From: Prorocentrum cordatum
Taxonomy: Eukaryota
Reading direction: 5' to 3'
NCBI GenBank assembly: GCA_963575745.1
Contig: CAUYUJ010000100.1
Location: forward strand, 1-64,000
Length of the DNA: 64,000 nt
Shown here: piece after piece, positions 1 to 16,362 of the stretch
Numbering within the stretch: position 1 is the first letter of the stretch
Layout of the letters: each line of letters begins with the position of its first letter
Program-made: the position numbers and the translations under genes
The notes under the pieces: generated by a model
Database searches by the model: none
What the model saw: only the letters and a program-made list of their open reading frames with translations
What the model was told of the DNA's origin: nothing

Positions 1-56
1 GGAGGAGGAGGAGGAGAAGGAGGAGGAGGAGGAGCCCTTCAATGCAGACCCTGTTT

Positions 57-150
57 TCGGAGGTTGACAGACCTCCTGCCCTGACACGTCGATTAGCGAA
101 TTGGCCGTTGTCGGTTCGCTAGAGGGCGTCGCGGCCGTCGTTTTTGCGGG
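57..150 (+). mobile_element. Partial copy (left arm) of the MITE-like family seen complete at 37236-37426
   Basis: gacagacctcct...gacacgtcgattagcgaattggccgttgtcggttc...agagggcgtcgcggccgt aligns with 37253-37326. Confidence 0.6.
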
Positions 151-619
151 TCCAGGTCCGTCGATTTTTGGGCAACGGATGGGCGGTGTTGGTAATACTT
201 CCTGAACGAATTAGAATGGCAGGACTCGGGGAGGGGAAGGGGAGTGGTGGAAGGAGGTGTGGAAGGAGGAGGGGGCGGGGGAGCATGCCCGGCTCCGATC
301 CGGTCTGGTTCCGATGTCATCCTCATCATTCTGGTTTTGGTTCGAGACCGTTTCCCGCTGCCGACCTCTGTTCCAGTTCGATCTGGAGGTCCCGATTCCG
401 GTTCTGGTCCGACGGTCCCGCCTCCACTCGCGTCTGGTTCTGATTCCGAGAGCTGCGCTCACCGAGGGTCCAGCGAGCTGCAGCTGCGTCCTGAGGACGA
501 CGACGACGCCGGCGAACACGATGGCGACGACTGCTCCAGAAGGGCCCCTCTGGAAGCCCCCCCCACTGGAAGCTCAACCTTTCTCTCTTTCACCCTTGCC
601 TTCCTTGCTACAGTCCACC

Positions 620-720
620 CGCATAGTGAGGACGGGCAGCATTTCCAAGGGTACCCTTGCATCCGTGCCCCTTCGGCCCACCCTTAGCGACTTTCGCTGG
701 CCAGCCTCGTTCGAAAAGCG
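620..720 (+). repeat. Dispersed repeat, second copy at ~28466-28563
   Basis: gcatagtgaggacg...ccaagg...cccttgcatcc...ttcggccca...gcgactttcgctggccagcc...cgaaaa is shared by both loci. Confidence 0.65.
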
Positions 721-1159
721 TTCACATGGCCCTACATCTTTACCGCGCATTCTTCGGATACGGGTTGGCTGTGTCGCCCTTGTCTTCCTGCCTTTCTCCT
801 CCTGTCTCCATGCTGTTGCCCTCCCGCCTTCGCCTTTGCCATCCCTCCCCTCCCGCAGCGTATTCTGATTTCTCGATCTCGATTCTGCTGCGGCGGACTC
901 GACTCCCGTTCTGGTCCGAGGGACGGTTGGGATTCTAGTTCTGGTTTGATCCGACGTGCGTTTTCTTGGGTTTCTTCGTATGGTTTTTTGTCGACGATCC
1001 GCTTTCGAGTTTTCGACCCGATGGAGGGTGGCGTTGGGGGAGAGGAGGGGAGCATCGGGGGTGGCACAGAAGAAAGGGGAGCGAGCCGGGAAGGGAATGA
1101 GGCAATGAGATCTGCTCTCTACTCCATTCTCGCCGTCCCCCGCGTGCCCCCTCGCGGTT

Positions 1160-1345
1160 CCTCAGGAGGCCCAAAGAATTGTTTTCCCTGAAGTTTTCCA
1201 AGATTTTGCGGGTTCTCGTCTTTTCGGGCCCAGAAGGGCCCCAGACAGCCCAAGAGGACCCAACGATCGTCCCAAGATGGCCCCAGAGGCCCCACAAGGG
1301 CCAGAAAGCGGTCCAAGAGGGTCCCCCCAGACGGCCCACGAGGGC
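1160..1345 (-). repeat. Dispersed (ggcc)tcttgg-rich repeat family, related to 36340-36450, 52330-52830 and 54420-54690
   Basis: Recurrent ctcttggg/gggccgtct/ggccatcttg words in all copies. Confidence 0.5.
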
Positions 1346-1350
1346 TTCTC

Positions 1351-1680
1351 TTTCCTTCCTTCCTTCCTTCCTTCCTTCCTTCCTTCCTTCCTTCCTTCCT
1401 TCTCCCTCCTCCCTCCCGCTTTTTCCCTCCCCTCCATCCTCCGGACCTCATTACCTCCTCCCTTCTCCGTCCTCCGTCCGAGCCACCCGCTTTCTCCATT
1501 TATTCCTCCGACCTCATTCCCTCCCTCCTCTTTTCGGAGGAGCAGGAGGAGGAGGTGGAGGAGGAGGAGGAGGCGGAGGAGGAGGAGGATGAGGGAGGAG
1601 GAGGAGGATGAGGATGAGGAGGAGGAGGAGGAGGAGGAGGAGAAGGAGTAGGAGGAGGAGGAGGAGGAGGAGGGAGGCGG
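1351..1680. repeat. (TTCC)n and (GGA)n microsatellites
   Basis: Read directly from the sequence. Confidence 0.9.
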
Positions 1681-2212
1681 CGGCGACGGCGGCCTGCCGT
1701 GCTGCCCGACAGGAGTCGGCGCGCTGCCGCGAGGACGCCGAGAGGCTCGAGGCTCGCGACGAGGGAGAGGTTGTTGTGTTAGCCGAGGGGCGTCGCGCGT
1801 GGGCACTCCGTGACCCCTTGCCTGACAGCAGTTGCAGAAGCGCACGTGCGATGAGAGTGGCACGATCGAGACAGCACTGCGCACGGATTGGTGGGGGAGG
1901 GGATGGGGGAGGGGGAGCCTCCAGAGGGTCTCGGGGGCCTCTGGGCGGGGGCGGGCCATCCTCCGCCCGCTGCCGGGGACGAGGAAGGAGGAACGGATTG
2001 CTGGGTATCTCTCCGTGGGGACATTCAGGAGGGAAACAAAAGCACAGACAGACACACAGAATCGTCGATCCCCCAGAAAATATGGAAATCGGAGGTGAGG
2101 GGGTGAGATCGAAGTGGAACGGAGAGCCCCCCTACCGGGAAATCGATTTCGGTTTCGTGTTCGTGCGTGCCGTGCGGGCGAGGCGAAGCTGCGTGGGCGG
2201 GCGAGAGAAAGT

Positions 2213-2472
2213 CTCCTGTGGCTGAGGCGCGGCCGGACCCAATGATTCCCTTCCGGGCGGCCGGGGCCCCGCGGTGTCCGCCGGTGTCCCGCTGGTGTCC
2301 CGTGTGGCTGAGGCGCGGCCGGACCAAATGATTCCCTTCCGGGAGGCCGGGGCCCCGCGGTGTCCCGCCGGTGTCCCGCGGTGTCCCGCGGTGTCCCGCG
2401 GTGTCCCGCAGTGTCCCGCGGTGTCCCGCCGGTGTCCCGCGGTGTCCCGCCGGTGTCCCGCGGTGTCCCGCG
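2213..2472 (+). repeat. Duplicated ~65-bp unit followed by a (ggtgtcccgc) 10-11-mer minisatellite
   Basis: tgtggctgaggcgcggccggacc.aatgattcccttccggg occurs twice, then about 11 ggtgtcccgc units. Confidence 0.9.
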
Positions 2473-2535
<63 letters not shown>

Positions 2536-2960
2536 GTGATGGTGATGGTGATGGTGATGGTGATGATGATGATGATGAGATGATGATGATGGTGTCCCGA
2601 TGAAGATGATGATGATGTTGATGATGGTGTCGATGATGATGATAGTGTCCCGATGATGAGGATGATGATGCTCATGATGATTATGTTGATGATGATGACG
2701 ATGATGGTGATGATGATGATGATGATGATGATGATTCCGATGATGTTGGTGATGATGATGTTGATGGAAATGGTGTCCCGGCGATAATGATGTTGATGAT
2801 GATGATGATGATGTTGATGATGATTATGGTGTCCCGATGACGATGTTGATGATGATGGTGATGATGATCATGATGGTGATGCTGATGGTGTCCCGATGAT
2901 GATAATCATGATAATGACGATGTTGATGATGATGTTGCTCATGATGATGATGGTGCCCCA

Positions 2961-3008
<48 letters not shown>

Positions 3009-3324
3009 TTGTTGATGATGATGATGTCGATGATGATGATGCGATGATCATGATGATGATGGTGTCCCGAGGATGACGACGATCTTGATGATAATGTTGA
3101 TGATTAGAACGATGGTGATCATGATGGTGTCTCGATTATGATGATGATGATTCTGATGATGCTGCTGATGATTATGACGATGACTGTGTCCCGATGATGA
3201 TGATGTTGATGATGAGATGATGATGATGGTGATGATGATGATGATGATGATGTTGTTGTCCCGATGATAGTGCTGACGTTGATGATGATGTCTATGATGA
3301 TGATGATGATGATGATGATGATGC

Positions 3325-3378
<54 letters not shown>

Positions 3379-3434
3379 CGGTGCCCTCATGATGATGACG
3401 ATGTTGGTGATGATGTTGATGTTGATGATGTTGG

Positions 3435-3512
<78 letters not shown>

Positions 3513-3520
3513 CGATGACG
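2473..3520. repeat. (GAT)n microsatellite with interspersed gtgtcccg words
   Basis: Read directly from the sequence. Confidence 0.95.
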
Positions 3521-3746
3521 TTGATTGTGAGAGCGATTGTGATATCGATCGTGATATCGATATTGAGACGAATGTGAGATCGATTGTGTGATCGATTGTG
3601 AGATCGATTGTGAGATCAATTGTAAGATCGATCGAATGAGATAGATCGAGTGAGATCGATTGTGAGATCGATCGAGTGAGATCGATCGAGCGAGAGCGAT
3701 AGTGAGATCGATACTGAGATCGATAGTGAGACCGATCGAGTGAGAC
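3521..3746. repeat. 12-bp minisatellite (gagatcgattgt / gagatcgatcga variants)
   Basis: Read directly from the sequence. Confidence 0.85.
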
Positions 3747-4150
3747 GTTGGTTCCCCCCCCCGAACCTCCTTATCACCCGAAGGGTGGTCGTATAGGTAA
3801 TGGGAATGGGGAGTCCAGGGATTTGTGTCTATTTATGTGTGTGTGTGTGTGTGGGTGTCCCTGGGCCCCTTCAGACATGGGGGGAGACAGTGAGGCGGTA
3901 GGCGTCTTCCCCGCCTCCCTCCCTCTCTCCCTCCCGCCCTCCCTTTCCTCTGCCTCTTCCTCCTCCCTCCCTCCTTCCCTCCTGCCTCACCCTCCCTCTC
4001 TTTCTCTCTCCCTCCTCGCCCTGGGGTCGGTGGGCGCATCGAGCGCCTCCCCGCGCGCCGCCACTCCAGCGCGACAACGACCAGCTCGCGCGCCGCCTGC
4101 AGTGCCCGACCGCGGCCGGCGGAGCGGACGAGGCCGGGGCCGCGGCTGAC

Positions 4151-4258
4151 AGGAGGAGGATGGCGAGGAGGAGGAGGAGGAGGAGGAGGAGGAGGAGGAG
4201 GAGGAGGAGGAGGAGGAGGAGCAGGAGCAGGAGGAGGAGGAGGAAGAGGAGGAGGAGG

Positions 4259-4294
<36 letters not shown>

Positions 4295-4423
4295 AGGAGG
4301 AGGAGGCGGAGGCCGAGGAGGAGGAGGAGGAGGCGGAGGCGGAGGCGGAGGAGGGGAGGAGGAGGAGGAGGAGGAGGAGGAGGAGGCGGGAGGCGGACGG
4401 CGGAGGCGGAGGAGGAGGAGGAG

Positions 4424-4459
<36 letters not shown>

Positions 4460-4661
4460 AGGAGGAGGCGGAGGAGGAGGAGGATGAGGCGAGGCGGAGC
4501 GGAGGGCGGAGGCGGAGGCGGAGGAGAGGAGGAGGAGGAGGAGGAGGAGGAGGAGGGGGAAAGGAGGAGGAGGAGGAGGAGGAGGTGGATGAGATGCGGC
4601 TGTGATGATGATGCTGAATGGTGGTGATGCTGATGCTGCTGCTGATGCTGATGATGATGAT

Positions 4662-4707
<46 letters not shown>

Positions 4708-4986
4708 CTGATGCTGATGCTGATGCTGATGCTGATGATGCTTTTGCTGCTGCTGATGATGATGCTGATGCTGGTGATGATGGTGATGCTGCTGTTGATG
4801 ATGCTGATGATGCTGATACTGCTGGTGCTGCTGATGCTGACACTGATGAGGAAGAGGAGGAGGAGGAGGAGGAAGAGTAGGAGCAGGAGCAGGAGCAGGA
4901 AGAGCAGGAGCAGGAGCAGGAGGGGAAGGAGGCGGAGGAGGAGGAGGAGGCGGAGGCAGAGGCGGAAGCGGAGAAGGTGGAGGAGG

Positions 4987-5022
<36 letters not shown>

Positions 5023-5854
5023 AGGCGGAGGAGGCGGAGGCGGAGGCGGAGGAGGGGGAGGAGGAGGAGGAGGAGGAGGAGGAGGAGGAGGTGGATGATG
5101 ATGCTGCTGATGATGATGATGCTGATGGTGGTGATGCTGATGCTGCTGCGGATGATGATGCTGATGCTGGTGATGATGATGCTGATGATGATGCTGATGA
5201 TGATGGTGATGATGCTGATGATGCTGATGATGCTGATGATGGTGGCGCTGATGTGATGACGGTGATGATGACGATGATTATGATGATCATGCTGATGCTG
5301 ATGCTGCTGATGATGATGCTAATGCTCATGATGATGCTGATGCTGATGATGCTGCTGATGGTGATGCTGATGCTGATGCTGCTGCTGATGTTGATGATGC
5401 TGATCATGATGCTGCTGATGCTGATTATGATAATGACGATGCTCATGATGCTGATGATGATGCTGCTGATGCTGCTGATACTGATTTTGATGATGATGAT
5501 GATGCTGATGCTGATACGGATGGTGTTGATGATGCTGTTGATGATGTTGCTGATTCTGATAATGCTGATGCTGCTGATGATGATTAGACTGATGCTGATT
5601 TCAATGATGATGATTATGCTGCTGATGATGATTATGACGATGCTGATGATGCTGATGATGCTGATGATGGTGGTAGTGATGATGCTGCTGCTGCTGATGA
5701 CGCTGACGTTGCTGATGATGAGGATGCTTATGATTATGGTGATGATGATGCTGCTGATGCTGCTGATGCTGCAGATTATGATGATGATGCTGATGCTGAT
5801 GATGATGATGCTGATGCTGATGATGATGATGCTTATGATGATGATGATGACGAC

Positions 5855-5910
<56 letters not shown>

Positions 5911-5952
5911 CGTTGCTGATTATGCTGATGCTGATACTGATGATGATGATGC

Positions 5953-6011
<59 letters not shown>

Positions 6012-6015
6012 GTGG

Positions 6016-6050
<35 letters not shown>

Positions 6051-6181
6051 CTGATGATGCTGATGATGTTGTTGTTGATGCTGCTGCTGCTGTTGATAAT
6101 GCTGCTGATGATGCTGATTATGCTGATGATGATGCTAATGCTGATGCTTACGATGCTGCTAATGCTGACGATGCTGATGCT

Positions 6182-6225
<44 letters not shown>

Positions 6226-6264
6226 GGATGATGATGATGATGCTGATGATGATTATGCTGATGC

Positions 6265-6335
<71 letters not shown>

Positions 6336-6573
6336 CGGATGAGGATGCGGATGCTGATGATGATGCTGATCATGCTGCTGATGATGATGATGATGCTGAT
6401 GCTGATGCTGATGCTGATGATGATCATGATGATGCGGATGCTCTTGCTGATGCGGGTGCTGATGTTGCTGATGCTGATGATGAGGATGCTGCTGATGATG
6501 ATGCTGATGATGACGCTGCTGATGCTGATGATGATGTTGATGATGATGATGATGATGAGGATGATGCTGCTGC

Positions 6574-6620
<47 letters not shown>

Positions 6621-7959
6621 CTGATGATGATGATGATGATAATAATGATGATGATGATGATGCTGGTGGTGGTGGTGGTTATGATGATGCTGCTGATGAT
6701 GAGGAGGAGGAGAAGGAAGAGGGGGCGGTGGACGCGGGAGAGAGGATGCGGAGGAGGATGCGAACGTGGAGGGTGGATGAGGGTGGGGAGGAAGAAGCGG
6801 CCAAGGAGAATGCGGAGGAGGAGACCGAGGAGGCGGAGGAGGAGGAGACGGCGGAGGAAGAGGAGGCGGAGGAGGAGGCGGAGGAGGAGGCTGAGGAGGA
6901 GGAGGAGGAGAAACATTGGGGAGGAACATGGGGGAGGAGGAGGAGGAGGAGGAGGAGGAGGAAGGAGGAGGAGGAGGAGGAGGAGGAGGAGGAGGACGGA
7001 GAGGAGGAGGAGGTGGAGGAGGAGGAGGAGGAAGAGACGGAGGTGGAGGATGAGGAGGAGGATACTGACGAGGAGGAGGAAGGTCAAGAGGAGGGGGAGG
7101 CGGATCAGGAGGAGGAGGGGGAGGATGTGGAGGCGGCGGAGGAGGAGGAAGAGAAGGATGCTGCTGATGATGATGATGCTGATGATGCTGATGATGCTGA
7201 TGATGCTGGTGATGCTGATGCTGATGCTGACGATGATGATGCTGATGGTGATGCTGATGCTGCTGATGATGCTGATTTTGCTGCTGATGATTCTGATGCT
7301 GATGATGCCCATTCTGATGTTGACGATGCTGCTGATTATGATGATGACGGTAATGATGCTGCTGATGATGCTGCTGATGCTCATGATGCTGCTGATTCTG
7401 CTGATGATGATACTGCTGATGATGAGGCTGATGATGATAATGTGAATGCTGATGAGGCTGGTGATGATACAGCTTATGATGCTGATGATGATGATGCCGA
7501 CGACGACGATGATGCTGATGATGCTGCTGATGATGCTGATGCTGATGATGATGCTGCTGAGTATGATGATGCTGATGCTGCTGCTGCTGCTGCGGATGCT
7601 GCTGCTGATGATGATGCTGCTGATGCTGATGATGCGGCTGCTGCTGCGGATGAGGCTAATGCTGATGAATATGATGATGCTGACGATGATAAGGATGCTG
7701 ATGCTGCTGATTCCGATGATGATGCTGATGACGATGATGCTGACGATGACGATGATGACGATGCTGATACGGATGATGATGGTCATGAATCTGATTATGA
7801 TGATGATGATGACGATGATGCTGATGATGACGATGATGATTAGGAGGAGGATGCTGATGGTGATACTGATGATGCTGCTGCTGATGATGATGCCGATGAT
7901 GCTGTTGCTGATGATGATGCTGATGATGCCGATGACGATGAAGATGATGATGATGCGGC

Positions 7960-8045
<86 letters not shown>

Positions 8046-8225
8046 CTGATGTTGATGCTGATGATGATGCTGATGCTGATGATACTGATGATGATAATGA
8101 TGATGATGATGCTGCTGATGATGATGATTATGATGCTGATGATGATGGTGCTGATGCTGATGCTGATGATGCTGATGATGATGATGATGATGCTGATGAT
8201 GATGATGAAGGGATACTGATGATGA

Positions 8226-8270
<45 letters not shown>

Positions 8271-8380
8271 TGATGCTGATGATGATGATGATGGATGATG
8301 ATTGCTGATTGCTGATGCTGATGATTGATGTATGATGATGCTGATGCGATGGGCCTGTAGGATGATGCTGATGATGATGA

Positions 8381-8418
<38 letters not shown>

Positions 8419-9674
8419 CTGCTGATGATGAGATGATGATGATGATGATGATAGATGATTGATGATGATGATGATGATGATGCTGAGAAAGGAAGAGGGG
8501 GGGTGTGATGAGGAGGGATGTCGAAGGAGGTGAGTTGAGGTATGGGAAGCAGGAGGAGGATGAGGAGGAGGAGGCGAGGAGGAGGAGGAGGTAGGAGGAG
8601 GAGAGGGAGGAGGGTAAGCGACGGAGAAGGTGGAGGAGGATGAGGAAGATGGAGGGGGAGGAGGAAGGGGGAGGGGGAGGGAGGAGGTTGAGGAGGAGAG
8701 GGAGGATGAGGAGGAGGATGAGGAGGAGGAGGAAGAAGACGAAGACGAAAAAGGAGAAGACGACAAAGACACATACTATGAAGACGGAGCAAAATCAACA
8801 TAATACTAATACTCATAATAACCATACTAAGACGAAGAAGACCAATCATAATATAACTGTTAATAATAAGAAGAAAAGGAATACTAGTAAGCAGCAGGAT
8901 AATAGTGATCATACTAATAATAATGTTAAGAAGCATACGACAACTAAGACTACTAATACTAAGCAGGCTACTAGGAGGATGGGGAGGAGGAGGGGAGGGC
9001 AGAGAGGAGGACGAGGTGGGGGAGGAAGCGGAGACGCAGGAGCAGGACGAGGAGGAGGATGATGAGGAGGAGGAGGAAGGGAGGAGGACGAGGAGGAGGA
9101 GGAGGAGAAGGAGGAGGAGGAGGAGGCGGCGGATGATGATTAGGAGGAGGCAGACGAGGAGGAGGAGGAGGTGGAGGAGGAGGATGAGGAGGATGACGAG
9201 GAGGAGTATGAGGAGGAGGACCAGAAGGAGGAGGAGGAGGAGGAGGAGGAGGAAGAGAAGGAGGATGAGGAGGCGGAGGCGGAGGCGGAGGACGAGGAGG
9301 AGGAGGAGGAGCAGGAGGAGGTGGAGGAGGAGGAGGAGGAGGAAGAGAGATGCTGCTGCTGATGATGATGCTGATTGCGATGGTGATGCTGCTGATGATG
9401 ATGACGATGCTGATGATGCGGTTGATGAGGATGATCAAAATAATGATGCTGACGATGCTGATGATGATGATGATGATGATGATGATGCTGATGCTGCTGA
9501 TGATGCTGATAATAATGCTGATGCTGATGCTGATATCGGTGATGCTGATGATGATGCTGATGCTGCTGACGATGCTGATGATGCTGATGATGCTGCTGAT
9601 GATGATGCTGTTGATGATGATGCTGATGATGATGCTGATTCTGCTGCTGATGATGATGGTGGTAGTGATGATGC

Positions 9675-9723
<49 letters not shown>

Positions 9724-9800
9724 AATGATGATGATGATGATGATGATGATGATGTTGATGATGATGATGATGATGATGATGAGATGGATGATGGGAAGGC

Positions 9801-9843
<43 letters not shown>

Positions 9844-9970
9844 TGATGATGATGATGATGCATGATGATTGATGATAGATGATGATGATGATGATGATGC
9901 TGGCTGATGATGATGTGAGATGATGATGATGGTATGCTGCTGTGATGATGAGGATGATGAGGATGATGTT
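4151..9970. repeat. Compound microsatellite with alternating (GGA)n and (GAT/GCT)n blocks and a short AAT/ACT block
   Basis: Read directly; explains the poly-M/D/E/H/I/P ORFs. Confidence 0.97.
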
Positions 9971-10152
9971 GGTCGGTGGTTGTGTCGCGGTGATGAGGAT
10001 GAATGATGGATTGGGGCTGTTGTCCAATATCATTCCCAACCATCCTGTGGTGTTGGGTCCTCGTTTTGAAGAGACGATGCCCCGCGTCTCCTCTCCTTCC
10101 TTCCTCCTCCTCCGCCTCCCCCCCTCTCCCTCCTCCCTCCTCCCACTATCAC

Positions 10153-11080
10153 GGCACACCCCTCACACGTTTCGTGGCCCCACAGGGAGCTCCACCGAAG
10201 GCCCCAGTGGGTGCGTTCGCATGCGCCCACCGCGCCCATTTCGGCACACCCTCACAAAGTTCGTGGCCCCATAGGGAGCTCCACCGAAGGCCACAGTGGC
10301 TGCGTTCACATGCGCCCACCGCACCAATGTTGGCACACCCCTCACACGTTTCGTGACCTCAAAGGGAGCTCCACCGAAGGCCACAGTGGTTGCGTTCACA
10401 TGCGCCCACCGCACCAATGTCGTCACACCCCTCACACGTTTCGTGGCCCCATAAGGAGCTCCACGGAAGGCCCCAGTGGTTGCGTTCGCATGCGCCCACC
10501 GCACCATTTCGGCAACCCTTTCACACGTTTCGTGGCCCCGAAGGGAGCTCCACCGAAGGCCACAGTGGCTGCGTTCGCATGCGCCCACCGCACCCATTCC
10601 GGCACGCCACCCACATGTTTCGTGGCCCCACAGGGAGCTCCACCGAAGGCTCCAATTCTTGCGTTCGCATGCGCCCACCGCACCCATTCCGCACGCCCCT
10701 CACACGTTTCGTGGCCCCACAAGGAGCTCCACCGAAGGCCCCAGTGGCTGCGTTCGTATGCGCCCACCGCACCCATTTCGGCACACCTCTCACACGTTTC
10801 GTGGCCCCATACGGAGCTCCACCGAAGGCCACAGTGGCTGCGCTCGCATGCGCCCACCGCACCCATTTCGGCACACCCCTGACACGTTTCGTGGCCCCAC
10901 AAGGAGCTCCACCGAAGGCTCCAGTGGCTGCGTTCCAATGCGCCCGCAGCACCAATGTCGGCACACTTTTTGCACGTTTCGTGGCCCCACGGGGAGCTCC
11001 ACCGAAGGCCCTAGTGGCTGCGTTCGTATGCGCCCACCGCACACATGTCGGCATACGCCTCACACGTTTCGGGGCCCCAT
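10153..11080 (+). repeat. Tandem array, ~90-bp unit, ~10 copies
   Basis: Unit cacacgtttcgtggccccacagggagctccaccgaaggccccagtggctgcgttcgcatgcgcccaccgcacccatttcggcacacccct recurs at ~10164, 10254, 10343, 10433 and onward. Confidence 0.95.
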
Positions 11081-11150
11081 AGAAAGTTCCCTCTCGTTAG
11101 TTCAACCTGCCTTGTGGTACTCGCAACTGCATATGGTTGGGTCCTTCGCC

Positions 11151-14950
<3,800 letters not shown>

Positions 14951-15230
14951 GGAGGCCGTGCGTTTTGCTTCTGCTGCTGCTCCTTGGTCCGTGGTCCTCG
15001 TCCTCCCGTTGTTGTTCACCCTCCTCGTCCTCCCCCGCCCCTCCTGGGCCGTCCCCAGAGCAGGCGCAGGAGCAGTGGACCAACATGCTCCCGCGGCCGA
15101 GCGAGCTGTTCGCGAGTGGGGTGCTGGACGGGTGAGGGCCCGGGGCGGCCGCGATGTGCGCGGCCGGGCGCCAGACTGGCACGCCGCCCGGCCTGCCGAC
15201 GCCCAGACCCCCCGCCCGCGCGCGCCACAG

Positions 15231-15398
15231 CTAATGTGCCAGTTTTCCACCACCACTACCATAGGTAGGACGGGGTAGGAGGGGGAGGAGGAGGATCAGG
15301 AGCTCCTCCTCCTCCTCCTCCTCCTCCTCCTCCTCCCTCCTCCTCCCCGTCCTCTTTCTCCTACCTATGGTAGTGGTGGTGGAAAATGGGCCCATCAA
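15231..15398. repeat. Foldback palindrome with perfect 28-bp arms
   Basis: ttttccaccaccactaccataggtagga (15243-15270) is the exact reverse complement of 15359-15386. Confidence 0.9.
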
Positions 15399-15544
15399 CA
15401 GCAGGGGGTGGCAGCGGCGAAGCTGGACCCCCTCGGGAGGCTTTTCGCCATCTTTGGCCTCCGGGTGCCCTCGCTGGGCCGCTTCCGGCGGGCCACGCCA
15501 CTTCCGGTGGGCCACGCAACGCGTGATGGGGCGTGCGGTAATGG

Positions 15545-16362
15545 GTGGGGGGGACGCATGCGGGTGGTCCCATTGGGGCATTCGGTGGAGCTCCTTGTGG
15601 GGCGACGGCGCGCTGTAGTGGGTTGTGGAGACGCATGCGGGCGGTGCCATTGGGGCCTTCGGTGGGGCCCCGATACGGGGCCACGAAACGCTGTACTGGG
15701 TGGTGGGGACGCATGCGGGCGGTTCCACTGGGACCTTCGCTGGAGCTCCATATGGGGCCACGAAACGCTGTACTGGGTGTGGCGGACACATGCGGGCACC
15801 CCCACTGGAGCCTTCGGTGAAGCTCCTAAGGGGCCACGAAACGCTGGGTGCGGCGGACCCTATGGGGCCACGAAGCGCTGTGCTGGGTGTGGGGAACGTA
15901 TGCGGCCCCCATGGGGGCAGTCGGTGGAGCTCCGTACGGGGCCACGAAGCGCTGTGCTGGGTGTGGGGGACGCATGCGGGCACCCCCACTGGGGCCTTTG
16001 GGGTGGAACTCCCTATGGGGTCACGAAGCGCTGTACTGGGTGTGGGGGGCGCATGCGGGCACCCCCACTGGGGCTTTCGGTGGAGCTTCCTATGGGGCCA
16101 CGAAGCGCTGTACTGGGTGGGGGCGCATGCGGGCACCCCAACTGGGACCTTCGGTGGAGCTCCGTATGGGGCCACGAAGCGCTGTGCTGGGTGTGGGGGA
16201 CGCATGCGGGCACCTCCACTGGGACCTTCGGTGGAGCTCCCTATGGTATGGGGCCACGAAGCGCTGTGCTGGGTGGGGGGACGCTCGCAGGCACCCCCAC
16301 TGGGGCCTTATGTGGAGCTCCCTATGGATGGGGCCACGAAACGTTTGAGGGGTGTGCCGAAA
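15545..16362 (-). repeat. Tandem array, ~77-79-bp unit, ~10 copies, inverted relative of the 10153-11080 array
   Basis: cactggggccttcggtggagctccctatggggccacgaa is the reverse complement of the core of the first array. Confidence 0.92.

Noticed and set aside
3833..7786. 1317-aa ORF and other poly-I/M/D/E/H/P/K/N ORFs between 2000-15300, 26000-27600 and 47500-51200
   Set aside because: They are translations of triplet microsatellites, open in several frames and on both strands, with no domain content.
4600..9970. Many CTGATGA words resembling hammerhead cores or snoRNA boxes
   Set aside because: They arise automatically from GCT/GAT repeats, with no flanking stems or GAAA partner.
10153..11080. 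CRISPR-like appearance of the 90-, 78- and 102-bp arrays
   Set aside because: Whole units are repeated with no unique spacers, no cas genes are present, and the context is eukaryotic.
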